NCBI RefSeq assembly: GCF_009914755.1
Contig: NC_060937.1
Direction: 5' to 3' (one strand)
Length of the DNA: 64,000 nucleotides
Origin: the human T2T-CHM13v2.0 reference genome, Homo sapiens
The notes beneath the pieces are model-generated. The model was not told where the DNA came from. It saw nothing but the letters and a program-made list of their open reading frames with translations, and searched no databases. Shown here piece after piece: positions 36,101-52,713 of the stretch; the first letter of the stretch is position 1, and every line of letters begins with the position of its first letter. The position numbers were made by a program, and so were the translations under genes.

Positions 36101-37920
36101 CTGGCTGTGATTTCAATTTTTAAAAATTTATTAAAACTTGTTTTGCAACCCATCGTATGATCTATCTTGGAGAATGTCCCATGTGCTGGTAAGAAGAATG
36201 TATAGTTCACAGTTCTTGCATAAAGTGTTCTGTAGGTATCTGTTAGGTTCCATTTGTTCTAGAGTGCAGTTTAAGTTCAGTATGTCTTTGTTGACTTTTT
36301 GCCTTGATGATTTGTCTAGTGCTGTCAGTGGAGTGTTGAAGTGCTCCGCTCTGACTGTGTTGCTGTCTATCTCTTTTCTTAGGCTTAGTAGTAATAGCTT
36401 TATGAATCTAGGAGATCTACAGTTAGGTGTATATATAGTTAGGATTATTATATATTTGTGTTGAACTGATCCTTTTATTATTGTATGACTTTGTCTTTTT
36501 TTTTTGCTTAAAAATTATTGTTGCTTTAAAGTCTGTTTTATCTAAGAATAGCAATTTCTGTCACTTTGGTTTACATTTGCATGAAATATCTTTTTCCACC
36601 CCTTTATCTTGAGTCTGTAAGGATCCTTTACATGTTAGATGTGTCTCCTGAAGATAGCAGATATTTGGTATGTGATTCTTAAAAATCCATTCTGCCAATT
36701 TGTATCTTTTAAATTGAACATTTAGGCCATTTATGTTCAATGTTAATATTAAGATGTGAGGTAATGTTCCAGTGATCACATTGATTGTTACCTAGTGACT
36801 TTGTTTCCTTCATTGTGTTATTGTTTTACAGGCCATTTGAATTTTATGCTTCCAGTGGTTCCATTCTGTTGTGTTCCAACCTTTTGTTTCAAGATATATA
36901 ATTCCTTTTAATGTTTATTGTAGGGCTAGTCTGGTATTGATAAATTCCCTCAGCCTTTGTTTGAGAAAGGCTGTTTCTTCATCATTTATGACACTTAATT
37001 TTGCTGGAAACAAAATTCTTGGCTGACAATTATTTTGTTTATGGAGACTAAAGATAGGACCCCACTTCCTTCTGGCCTGTAAGTTTCCTGCTGAGAAATC
37101 TGTTAGTAGTCTGATAGATTTTCTTTTAGAGGTTACCTGATGTTTTTGTCTCACTGCTCCTAAAATTATTTTCTTTACATTGACTCCAGATAGCCTGATG
37201 ATTATATGCCTTGGTGATTTCTCTCCTTTTTTGCAATGAATTTCCCAGGAATTATATGAGCTGCTTCTATTTGGATGTCTAAATCACTAGCAAGACCCAG
37301 TAAATTTTACTCAATTATTATTTTAAATAGGATTTCCAAACTTTTTGTATTTTCTTCTCTCTCAGGAACATGTATAATTCTTAGGTCTGGCCAGTTTACA
37401 TAATTTCATATTTTTTGGAGACTTCATTCACTTATTTTCATTATTTTTTTTATTTTTGTCTGGTTGGGTTAATTCAAAAGCCTCGTCTTTGAGCTCTGAA
37501 ATACTTTCTTCTACTTGGTTTAGTTTGTTGTTAAAACTTTCCACATCATTTCATAGTTTCCTAAATGTGTATTTCATTTCCAGAAGTTCTGTTTCTTTTT
37601 CTCTGAAATATCTATCTCTTTAGAAAATTTTTCATTCATATCCTGAATTGTTTTAAATATTTTTAATGTTGACTTTCACCTTTCTCTCTATCTCCCTAAG
37701 TAATAACCTTTTGAATTCTTTATCTGGCATTTTAAATATTTCATATTTATTTGGATCAACCGCTGGAGAGTCCAGAAAGATAATTCTGGTAATATGAAAA
37801 AACAGGGTTCTATAACACCCCCTGAAGATCACACTAACTCACCAGCAATGGATGCACTATGCTTCACAAATATGCTAAAGGATTAATTGACAGTGACAAA
37901 ACCAACATGTAAAAAATAGA

Positions 37921-38218
<298 letters not shown>

Positions 38219-38429
38219 CTATTGTTTATTTAAACATACATAAATACAACCAATTCTATAATGACACATAAAATACTTAACTTCTATGTGTATTCTCAGT
38301 AAGAAGGGTGAAAAACTCTTTCCTCTGTTAACATAGGCTCTGGCTTGGAGTAGGGAGGACAGTGGGATGCTAAAGAGAATACCTGAGTTAGATTATTAGG
38401 ATCTGATATGCAGGGTGGGTTTGATTGTA

Positions 38430-40240
38430 ACAATTTCTCATGTTTTTTTGTTCATCTGAGAATACCTTGATTTTCCTTCCAGTCCTGAAAAATATTCTGC
38501 TGGCTATAGAATTCTGGATTGGTAGTTTATTTTTTTTCAGTTCTTAGAAAATGTGTCACTTCCTTCTAACCTCTGTGGTTTCTGATAAGAAACCCATTGT
38601 AATTCAAATTATTTTTCCCTAGAGATAAAGTGTAGTTTCTCTCTCACTGCTTTCAAGATTTGTCTTTGTCTTTATTTTCCAAAGTTTGAGCATTATGTGT
38701 TTTGCTGTGGTTTCTTTGAGTTATACTATTGTCATTCATCCAGCTTCTTGATTATAAAGATTTATTTCTTTTGCCAAATTTGGAAATATTTTTCACATAT
38801 TTCTTTAAGTTTTTAGCTCCATACTCCTTATTCTCTTCCCCTGGAACTCTGATGACACAAATGTTAGCTAGTTTCTTTTTGTCCCACAAGTCCCTCTGAC
38901 TGTGTTTATTTTATATTTTTAGTCTATTTTCTCTCTGTTGCTCACATTTGACAATTTATATTTTCTATCTTCAAGTCCATTGATTGTTTCATCTTCCCTC
39001 TCCATTTTGTTGTTGAACACATCCATTTATATTTTTAAAAAATCAGTCATATTTTTCAATTCTTAAATTTCTATCTAATATTCTTTATATCTTCTCTCTC
39101 TTTGCTGAGATGTATTTTTTGTTTCTGAGTCTTTGTATTTTTTAATTGGCCCCAGCATGTTCATAATTGCTAATTGAAGCAGTCTTATGATGGTTGCTGT
39201 AAAGTCTTTGTCAGTTAATCCTAATATCTCTCTCATCAGTGTTGACTTCTATTAATATTTTCTTCATTCACTTCGAGAATTTTCTAATTCTTAAAGTAAT
39301 CAGTGACTTTTGTTTGAAACTTGGAAGCTTCTGTTATTAGGTATGAGACTCTGGATCTTACTTATATCTTTGTTTTAGCTGACTTCTTTGACGCCACTCT
39401 CTCGGGACAGTTGGAGAGGGGGATTCAGTGCTGTTGCTTTGTAAGTGCTGTTAGGTGAGAGTGGAAATCTAGGCTCCCTACTCAGCCTAATAACACCTGG
39501 GGGAGGAGCTTCTCATTACTGCTGGGCAGAGATGGGAATTCTGGCTCCCCAGGTGAAATCTACTCATACTTTTCTGACTAAGATGGCTAGGAGTGCCTCT
39601 TTACTGCTCCCACATTCCTCTACTGACACTGTGGAGAGAGTGACCTCATTTGCTCCAGGAGGTGGTGAGAATACTGACTTTCCACTAACCCCTTCAGGCA
39701 CCACCCTCTGCAGATAGAGGAGGGGACACCTTATTATTACTATTAATAGATGGGAGTAGATAGTCAGATTCCTCTCTGACTTTGTTGATGAGGAAGGGGA
39801 TAAGACCACCATTCTTCTTATGATGTTTGGCTTGAGTCAGGCAGTTATTGCTGAAGGTGTCTTGCTAGGCTGCCCATTCTGGTTTGTTGTTGTTGTTGTT
39901 CTTGTTGTTTTGTTTGTTTAGGAAGATTAAGATTTTTCTGTGGCTTTTATTTTATTTTATTTTTCCTGTATCTGTTGGATTGCCAGCCTCTTCAGCTCCA
40001 AGTCTGGGATACATGTGGTGAAAAAAGAAAACCCAAGGAACTTGCCATCATGGTGTTCCTTGGGTCCTTATGTTCCCAGCTGCTAGCTGTTCTGCCTTTT
40101 TTCTTTGTTTGTTTTTCCTATTTATCAGGCTTGCTCTCTTTGCTTTTATATAACAATGCCAGGGTTTTTAGTTGTACATTGTGGAGGAATAGGGAAATTT
40201 TTGCCTACTCCGTTTTCCCACATGACAGAATTGAGCAAAT
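38430..40240 (-). mobile_element. Old L1MC/MD 5'/ORF1-region fragment
   Basis: 'ctggctatagaattctggattggtag...tctgtggtttctgataagaaaccc...ctctcactgctttcaagatt'. Confidence 0.6.
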
Positions 40241-43002
40241 AGATTTTGAGAAAAGAATTTGAGTTTATTAATGGAAAAGCAGAAGGCTGAAAAGTTACTT
40301 ACAGTCTGCACATCAACTGAAACTCTGTGCAGAGATTGGTAATCACTCATATTCATTTTCACTCAGAATTATCAAGAAACAGACTGAAAGCCATATATTA
40401 AATCACAGTAACAATTATCTGACCAGTTTCTTTAAGAGGAATTTGTTAAATAGTCTTTGTCAGCAATTCCTACCAATAGAACAGGTTTTCATTGGATTCT
40501 GCTTAAATAATCCAAATCAAGTTGTAACTTGAAAAAGTCTTTTAAGATATCTTTAATCTTTCATTGATATAGGTAATAATAAACCTCTTAACATGTTATA
40601 AGTGTTAAATAGGCATTTAGTTGCTTTACTGAAGATCTTCTATGTAGGTAACATTGCCTTTTAAGTAATAGTTTTAAAGGCAGCTTGAGTTTATTTCATT
40701 TCCTTTTATTTCTTTCAAAGGGTAAATAGTTCCAGCCCTAGAATAGAAATGCATACTCTCTTGGGACTCCTCAGATGAGTAGCCAAAGGGAGAACTGCTT
40801 GGCTACATACAATTTAACATATTTTTAAGCGAAATCATACATATCCAAATGTGGGTTCTGGCAGTTTGGGATATCATGTCACTATGAGGAATTCCCAAAG
40901 GCACTCTGAAATGCTCATGGAATTACTGTGTTACAGCAGTCAACATAGTAGGCATAGTTTCTCTATAGTCATAACAAAGTATGATCTGTGTAATATACTT
41001 TGTGTAGTAAGTAATACAAGTGTAATATAAAACAGAAGACTAATTTTGCTTAATTTTTAAGTGTACCATATGTGATAAAATATGGCCAAATTGTAATTAT
41101 TTTCATGAAAATATAGATAAATTCCAGCATTTAAAAAGCCTGTAATTTGTTGTGAACTTTGAAGCTATGCATGTGATGTGTTCTAGTTTATTATATATAA
41201 TCAATTATGGAAAAGTTAAAAAATAACCAAATATTCTAGGAAATAATTGTTTTTTTGGGAAGAAACCAGTCATCCAAAAAAAATTTCCAACAAATATGTT
41301 CTGCCATGTTAAGCTAAGCATTTGCATTGTTTAATTCAGGAGTTGCAAATCCCAGGTTCATGGAACCAGATTCTATCTGTTGTTGCACCTTAATCTGCTA
41401 CTGTATTCCACAGTTATTGATTATACCCTTATCTGACATTGTCCCTTAGAAAATGCAGCTTGTGAACACCAGATGAGAAAACATACTTGAATAACTGGAA
41501 AATCTAAATCTACTCATATTGGACCAGTAACACTAATTTTTTTTTATTTATGTCGAGAAAATTTACATAATTAAATGGAATAGCTGAGGTTTGTATAAAT
41601 GTTAAATACAATGAAACACTTAACAAAGTCTCTGGTCCTAATCAGTAATGGGCATCTGCCCCCAGGACACATCCACTTGTTTAAGATTTTGCTTAAGTTC
41701 ATATCCAAAAGTGTAATGCTATCCTTTTTAAAATTTTCCAATACCATTATGTATATTTTCACTTTGCCTAATCCATTTGGCCTTAACTCACAGTTTAAAT
41801 TAATATTCATTGAACACATATATTGTCTAAGACAGTGTACTATTTCTGCAAGACATATAGGGATGAAGTACACACACAGCCTGATTTCAAGAATTCCAGT
41901 AAGTGAGCCTCCAAACCCCGCACCACCTTAGTGTACATTTATCTCTCATTCTAAACACAAAATGAAAGGAACCAGGAAAAATGGAAATCTGTCAGCCTAA
42001 GAGAAGAAGCTACACCACAGCTGAGTAGGTCTGGGTAAAGAAGCTGTTTTGGATTGATGAGGATGAGCCCAACTGATTCTCTTACAAGAAAGTCTAAACC
42101 ACAAATCTTGTGTTAATCGTTAATCATTCTCATAGCCTCGGGGGATTCCTAACTAGGGAATCCTAAACCCCTAACTAAATACTTTCTTAGACTGAAATGA
42201 TGTTGAGCCCTGAATGGGTAATGCCAGTAGGCTTGAGAATCTATTTGTTGCCATGACCCATTACCAAGGGAATAATTGTGCAAGGGAGAATCACAAACAT
42301 AGCTTGGAAGGAAAAAGGAGAAAAAGATAAAGAGAAAGGACACAAGTTATGGCCTTAGCTTGACTATATTTTCCCTCAGGGGAAATGTTCTTGGTGGTGT
42401 GAAATCTTAGAAATATTAAGTTCTCCCCATGGCTTCTTCTCAACAAGCCCAACAAACATGTAACTTTCCTAGTTTCCTCTTCTACCTGTGACCACAGCAA
42501 ATTTCTCTATCAACTCTAGGGGTAAATTGCAGTCACATTTATTTATATTCCCAACAAATGCCTTAAGTACTTATCTGCCTCGTTGACTGGTAACTTCCAG
42601 AAATTTTTAGAAATGCTAGATTTTTTTTTCCCTATTCAAACTAGTGTGTGCCTTGTTTTCACACACTGAAGCAGAGTGAGAACTCTGGTATGATTAATCT
42701 GCCATTGCCACTGTATTTGCCAGCAGTTCCATTGTGAAAGAGTGGTTCTACACAATTTGACAGTTAATAACTATGCCCTGCTCTCATGAACCTTGGCTGA
42801 TCTAGGACTGCATGTGTGCAGCCAAAAGTGCTGGATGTACCTTAAGTTCTAGTTCTGAAGTGAGATCTTTCTGTGCACACATGTAGCCATTTCTCAGAAG
42901 AGCTCAGGACTGACAGCAATGTCTGCTGCTTCGCAGGGCCCCAGCCACTATCTCTTGTCCTTTATGGAGCCACATATAGATGTTAGCCTTTTTCTTTTAA
43001 AC

Positions 43003-43233
43003 CAAATGTTGCAAACAATGGCCTATTGCCCAAATATGGTCAGGAAATATTTTTAGTTTGAAATGCACCATGTTGCTATTGCTGTTCCCTTTAGATAATT
43101 TGAATCCCTTAGGTAAGATTATATACACTTCTGATCACCACAGTTATAATTTCTGCTTATGGCCTTGATGTCTGCTCTGGGTTTAATTATGTTAACTCTC
43201 TGGCCTCTGCAGGCATTTGATTGTGTGACCCCT
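43003..43233. mobile_element. Possible hAT-Charlie MITE remnant
   Basis: Terminus-like 'gcatttgattgtgtgacccctg' and 'ttgcaaacaatggcc'. Confidence 0.35.
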
Positions 43234-44203
43234 GCTTTTAACCTTCGAAATGCAAAGAAAACACTGTATACCTTATTTTCCTCCAAAATGTGGCTGCTGA
43301 CCCAGCCTCCGGAAGTAGGTCATTTTCAATGATTTATCCTTCCATGGGATAACAGATTGCAATGTATCTACACCTGTGCTCCTAAGACCAGTAAAAAATA
43401 CCATGTTATTTATGCCATCTTTCTAAAAGCGGTGAGTCCAAGGAGATTCTCTGCCACATTTTTACAGGAAAGACAATGAAGCAAATTTAATCACCATTAT
43501 GTCATAATATGCACGTTATAAATATAGAGGGGAAAAACCACATTGTATTCTATGTTACTATTACTTTTTCTGTGGCTTATAAATTCTTGGTGGTTAAAGT
43601 AAATTATGTGTGTTTTACTGCATGATTTTTGGTATAACATATTGGGTATATGGTGTCTTACTTAGGGTTGTTTGATAACCAGTACAATGATACTGTTATT
43701 TATAATTGTCACTATTCTAAATTTTATTACCTAAGTTGTAGAACAAAGGTTAAAATATTGCTATATTAGAGAAATAAAAATAATTGTGAACTGTGAATTA
43801 AGGAGAACTCTCTTTTCTCTATGATAGGAATATCAAATAGAGGCTGATTTTGGAGGAGACTCTTTATTCATTCTGTCCAACTAGAAAGGAGATTTTGGGT
43901 TATTGTCAGAATCAGAGTACTCTAGATGCCTCTACTTACAAATTCCCTTGAAGTCTGTACCCATATAGTTTACAGTTTATTTTTTGTGTGAGTACATATT
44001 AGGTGTATATGTTTTTGGGGTACATGAGACGTTTTGATACAGGCATGCAACGTGAAATCAGTACATCGTGGAGAATGGAATATCTATCCCCTCAAGCATT
44101 TATCCTTTGAGTTACAAACAATCCAATTACATTTTTTAAGTTATTTAAAAATATACCCTTAAGTTATAATTGACCATGGTCACCTTATTGTCCTATAAAA
44201 TAG

Positions 44204-44566
<363 letters not shown>

Positions 44567-44980
44567 TAACCTTCCTAGCCTCGGATAGTCATCCTTCTAC
44601 TCTCTATGTCCATGAGTTCAATTGATTTGATTTTTAGATCCCACAAATAAGTGAGAACATGAGATGTTTGTCTTTGTGTGCCTGGCTTATTTCACTTAGT
44701 ATAATGATCTCCAGTTCTACCCATGTTATTGTCTGTTTTTTGGATATAATCCATTTTAACTGGGGTGAGATAATATCTCATTGTAGTTTTGATTTACATT
44801 TCTCTGATCAATGATGTTGAGCCCCTTTTCTTATTCCAGTTTGCCATTTGTATGTCTTCTTTTGAGAAATGTCTATTTGAATCATTAGCCCATCTTTTCA
44901 TCACATTTTTAGCTTTTTTTCTGTAGACTTGTTTGAGCTCCTTATATATTCTCATTATTAATCTCTTGTCAGAGGGGTAG

Positions 44981-45359
44981 TGTATTAGTCTGTTCTTGCT
45001 TTGCTATAAAGAACTACCTTAGACTGGGTAATTTATAAAGAAAAGAGCTTTAATTGGCTCATAGTTCTGCAGGCTGTACAGGCAGCATGGCTAGGGAAGC
45101 CTCAGGAAACTTATGGTCATGATAGAAGGCAAAGAGGAAGGAATCATAACTTCCATGGCGGGAGCAGGAGGAAGAGAGTAAATGGGGAGATGCCACACAC
45201 TTTTAAACAACTAGATCGTGTGAGAACTCACTATTGTGAGAATAGCAAGGGGGCAATCCACCCCCATGATTCAGTCACCTCCAACGAGGCCCACTTCCAA
45301 TACTGGGGATTACAGTTCGACATGAGATTTGGGCAAGGACACAAATTCAAACCGCAACA
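44981..45359 (-). mobile_element. THE1D/MSTA-like MaLR solo LTR
   Basis: tgtattagtctgttcttg...catgagatttggg...caaaccgcaaca, inserted within L1MA ORF2. Confidence 0.88.
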
Positions 45360-47218
45360 GATAATTTGCACATATTTTCTCCCATTCGGTGCATTGTCTC
45401 TTTGCTTTGTTGATTGTATCCTTTTCTCTGCAGAAGCTTTTTAACTTGATATGATCCCATTTGTCCGTGTTTACTTTGGTTGCCTGTGCTTGTGGGGTAA
45501 TGCTGTTCAGGAAGTCTTTGCCCAGACCAATGTCTTGGAGATTTTCCCCAGTGTTTTCTCGTAGTAGTTTCATAGTTCAAGGTCTTAGATTTCGGTCTTT
45601 AATCCACTTTGATTTATTTTTTATATATGGCAAGAGATAGGGGTCTCATTTCTTTCTTTTGCATATGGATATAGAGTTTTCCCAGCACCATTTATTGAAG
45701 AGACTGTTTTTTCTCCAGCGTATGTCCTTGGTACCTTTGTCAAAAATTCACACACCTACAGTGAAAAGACCAGATTTGTTTCTGGTTCTTTATTCTGTTC
45801 CATTGGTTTTTGTGTCTGCTTTCATGCCAGTACCATGCTGTTTTTGTTACTATAGCTCTGTAGTATATTTCGAAGTCAGGTAATGTGATTCCTCCAATTG
45901 TGTTCTTTTTGCTTAGGATAGCTTTGGCTATTCTGGGTCTTTTGTGGTTCCATATAAATTTTAGGATTGTTTTTTCTGTTTCTGTGAAGAATGACATTGG
46001 TATTTTAATAGGGATTACATTGAATCTGTAGATTGCCTTGGTTATTAAGGATATTTTAACAATATTGATTCTCCCAATCCATGAACACAGAATATTTTTC
46101 CATTTTTTGGTGTCCTCTTCAATTTCTTCAGCATTTTATGGTGTTCATTATAGACATTTTTCACTTCTTAGGTTAATTCCTAGGTATTTAATTTTATGTG
46201 TGGCTATTGTAAATGGGATTTTGAAAATTTTCTTTTTCACATTGTTCACTGTTGGCATATAGAAATGTTACTGATTTTTGTATGTTGATTTTGTGTCTAC
46301 AACTTTGTTAGTTCTAGTAATTTTCTTGTGGAATCTTTTGTGTTTTCTAAATATAAGATCATATCACCTGCAAACAAGGATAATTGACTTCCTCCTTTCC
46401 GCTTTGAATGTTCTATCTTTTTCTTGCCTGATTTCTCTGGCTAGGATTTCCAGTACTGAGATAAATAACAGTGATGACAGTGGGCATCCTTGTTGTGTTC
46501 CTGATCTTAGAGGAAAAGTTTTTAGTTTGTCCCCATTCAGTGGGATACTAGCTGTGAGTCTGTTATATGTGGATTTTATTATATTAAAATGTGTTACTTC
46601 TAACCCCAGTTTTTGAGGGTTTTTATCATGAAGGGATGTTGAATTTTATCAACTGTTTTTCAGCATCAATTTAAATGCTCATATGGGTTTTGGTCCTTAG
46701 TACTGTTGATACGATGTATCACACACATGATTGATTTGTGTGTGTTGAACCATCCTTGCATCCTAGGGGTAAATCCCTCTTGATCGTGATGAATGATCTT
46801 TCTAATATATTGCTGAATTTGGTTTGCCAGCATTTTGTTTTATGATTTTTGCATTAGTATTCATCAGATATATTGGCCTGAAGTTTCCTTTTTTTGATAT
46901 GTCTTTGTCTGGTTTTGGTATCAGGGTAATACTGGCCTCATAGAATGAATTTGGAAGTATTCCCCCTTTTTCAGTTTTTCAGAATAGTTTGAATAGGATT
47001 GATATTTAGTTCTTCTTTACATGTTTGGTAGAATTCAGCAGTGAAGCCATTGGGTCTTGGGCTTTTCTTTACTGGGAAACTTTTTATTATGGTATCAATC
47101 TCATTATTTGTTACTGGTCTGATCAGATTTTGTATTTCTTCTTGATTCAATCTTGGTAGGTTGTATGTATGTAGGAATTTGCTCATTACTTGCAGATTTT
47201 CCAATTTATTGACTATAG

Positions 47219-49547
<2,329 letters not shown>

Positions 49548-50272
49548 AAAAATACAACTTTTTTTTTAAAAATTATCTTTTGTTTTGTATTTTTTGTTTC
49601 AATTTCATTTATTTCTGCTCTGATCTTTTATTATTTTTTTCCTCCTACTAGTTTTGAGTTTGGTTTGTCCTCAATTGTGTAGTTCTTTAAGACACATCGT
49701 TAGATTGATTATTTGGTTTTTCCTCTTTTTTTGATGTAGGCACTTGTAGCTATAAATTTCCCAGTGAGTACTGCTTTTGCTGTATTCCACAGGTTTTGGT
49801 ATATTGTGTTTTGTTTGTCATTTGTTTTTAGACATTTTTCAATTTTCTTCTTAATTTTTTCATTGATCCACTGGTCATTCAGGAGAATATTGTATAATTT
49901 CCATGTGTTTATATATTTTCCAAATTTCCTGTTATTAATTTCTAGTTTTTTTCATTGTGGTCAGAGAATACGCTTGAGATATATATAATATATATATATA
50001 AATGTTTTAAGACTTGTTTTATGACCTAATGTATAGCCTGTCCTTCAGAATGATCCATGTGCTGAGGAAAAGAATGTGTATTCTGCAGCTCTTGGATGAA
50101 ATGTTCTGTAAATATCCATTAGATTCATTCAGTTTATAGTGCAGATTATGTCTGATGTTTCTTTGTTGATTTTCTGTTTGAAAGATCTGTCCAATGCTTA
50201 AAGTGGGGTGTTGAATTCTGTAGCTTTTATTGTACTGGGGGCTATCTCTCTTTTTACCTCTAATAATATTTT

Positions 50273-50592
50273 TTTTTCTTTTCTTCTTTTTTTTTTTTTT
50301 TTTTTTTTGAGATAGAGCCTTACTCTGTTGCCCAGGTTGGAGTGCAGTGGCACAATCTCTCGGCTCACTGCAAGCTCCACCTCCTGGGTACATGCCATTC
50401 TCCTGCCTCAGCCTCCCGAGTAGTTGGGACTACAGGCGCCCACCACCACACCTGGCTAATTTTTTGTATTTTTAATAGAGAAAGAGTTTTACTGTTTTAC
50501 CCAGGATGGTCTCAATCTCCTGATCTTGTGATCTGCCTGCCTCAGCCTCTCAAAGTGCTGGTATTAACAGGCATGAGCCACTGCACCCAGCC
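50273..50592 (-). mobile_element. AluY-like
   Basis: Diagnostics gcaagctcc, gccattctcctg, gactacaggcgcc and caggatggtctc; TSD taatattt. Confidence 0.9.
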
Positions 50593-51246
50593 TAATATTT
50601 CTTTTATATATTGGGTGCTCCAGTTTTGGGTACATCTATCTTTAGAATTGTTATATCCTCTTGCTGTAGTGACTTTTTTACCATTATATAGTGATCTTGT
50701 CTCTTCTTATAATTTTTGTCTTGAAATCTATTTTGTCTGTTGTAAGTATGGCTAATCGTACTCTATTTTTGGTTTCCATTGGCACAAAATATCTGTTTTT
50801 ATCCCTTTATTTTCAGTTTCTGTGTGTCTATGTAGATGAAGTGTATTTCTTGTAGGCAGCAGATCAATGAGTCTTGTTTTTTTATTCAGTCAGCCAGTAT
50901 ATGTATTTTGATTACAGAGTTTAGTCCATTTACATTCAATGATATTATTGATAAGGACTTACTTTTGCCATTTTGTTGTTTTGTGGTTGTTTTGCGATCT
51001 TCTCTTCCTTGTTTCTTTCCTTCTTGTCTTCCTCTAGTGAAGGTGATTTTCTCTAGTGATATGATTTAATTTCTTGCTTAAAAATTTTGTGTGTATCCAT
51101 TATGTTTCTTTTTTGGTTTGAGGTTGCAATGAGGCTTGCAAATGCTATCTTATAACCAATTATTTTAACCTGATAACAACTTGACACTATTTGCATAAAC
51201 AAACAAGGAAAAAGAACACTGTTAAAAACTCCATGCCTTAATTTTA

Positions 51247-51540
51247 ACTATTTATTTATTTGAGACAAAATCTTGCTCTGTCACCCAGGCTGGAGCACAG
51301 TGGCATGATCTCAGCTCACTGCAACCTCTGCCTCCCAAGTTCAGGTGATTCTCCTGCCTCAGCCTTCTGAGTAGCTGGGATTATAGGCATTAGCCACCAC
51401 GCCTGGCTAATTTTTGTATTTTCAGTAGAGACTGGTTTCATCATGCTGGTCAGGCTGGTCTCGAACTCCTTACCTCATGATCTTCCCACCTCGGCCTCCT
51501 AAAGTGCTGGGATTACAGGTGTGAGCCCCCATGCCTGGCC
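51247..51540 (-). mobile_element. AluSg/Sx-like
   Basis: Full dimer with a perfect 16-bp TSD ccatgccttaatttta (51231-51246 and 51541-51556). Confidence 0.93.
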
Positions 51541-52398
51541 CCATGCCTTAATTTTATCCCCTTGCTTTTTAGCTTTTTGTTGTTTCTATTTATGTCTTAT
51601 TGTATTGACCAAGTCTGGAAAAGTTGCTGTAGTTATTATTTTTGATTGGTTCATCATTTAGTCTCTCTTACTTAAGAGAAGTTTATACACCACAATTATA
51701 GTGTTATAATATTCTGTGTTTGTAAAATACAAAATTCTGTGTACTTACTATTACCAGCAAGTTTTGTACCTTCAGGTGATTACTTATTGCTCATTAATAT
51801 CTTTTTCTTTCTGATTGAAGTACTCTTTTTAGCATTTCTTGTAGGACAGGTCTGGTATTGGTGAAATCCCTCTGTTTTTGTTTGTCTGGGAAAGTCATTA
51901 TTTGTCCTTCGTGTTTGAAAGATATTTTCCTTGAATATACTATTCTACAGTAAAAGCTTTCTTCCTTCAGCACTTTAAATATGTCATACCACTCTCCTGG
52001 CCTGTAAGTTTTCCAGTGAAAAGTCTGCCATCAGACATATTGGAGCCATTGTATGTTGTTTCTTTTCTCTTGCTGCTTTTATAATCAATCCTTTCTTTAT
52101 CCTTGACCTTTGGGGGTTTGATTATTAAATGCCTTAAGGCAGTCTCTTTGGATTAGATCTGCTTGATAGTCTATAACCTTCTTGTACTCGGATATTGATA
52201 TCTTTCTCTAGGTTTGGGAAGTGCTCTGTTATTGTCTGTTTGAATAAACTTTGTACCCCTATCTCTTCCTCTACTTCCTTTTTTAAGCCCAATAACTCAT
52301 AGACTTGCCCTTTTGAGGTTATTTTCTAGATCCTGTAGGCTGCCTTCATTGTTTTTTATTCTTTATTTATTTTTTAATTGTCTCCTCTGTATATTTTC

Positions 52399-52399
52399 T

Positions 52400-52431
<32 letters not shown>

Positions 52432-52713
52432 TGAGACAGGGTCTTGCACTGTCACCCAGACTGGAGTGCAGAGGCATGACCTCAGCTCACTGCAACCTCC
52501 ACTTCCCATGTTCAAGTGATTCTTGTGCCTTAGCCTCCCAGGTAACTAGGATTACAGGCATGCACCACAACACCTGGCTAATTTTTGTATTTTTAGTAGA
52601 GATGAGGTTTCACCATGTTGGCCATGCTGGTCTTGAACTCCTGGCTTCAAGTGATCAGCCTACCTTGGCCTCCCAAAGTTTTGGGATTACAGGCATGAGC
52701 CACCTCAGCTGGC
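52399..52713 (-). mobile_element. AluJb/Sz-like
   Basis: Full dimer; TSD tcctctgt(a/g)tattttc. Confidence 0.9.

Larger units (their letters stand above)
30950..37853 (-). mobile_element. L1PB-type element (3'UTR, ORF2, ORF1) with a 5' inversion, interrupted by nested LTRs
   Basis: 3' end 'ttttatttcagtagctttaggggtacaattggtttttggttacatggatgaa'. ORF2 remnants [29 protein letters not shown] and ILTLNINGLN; ORF1 remnant IRL.TDFSA..LQARR.W. Confidence 0.9.
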
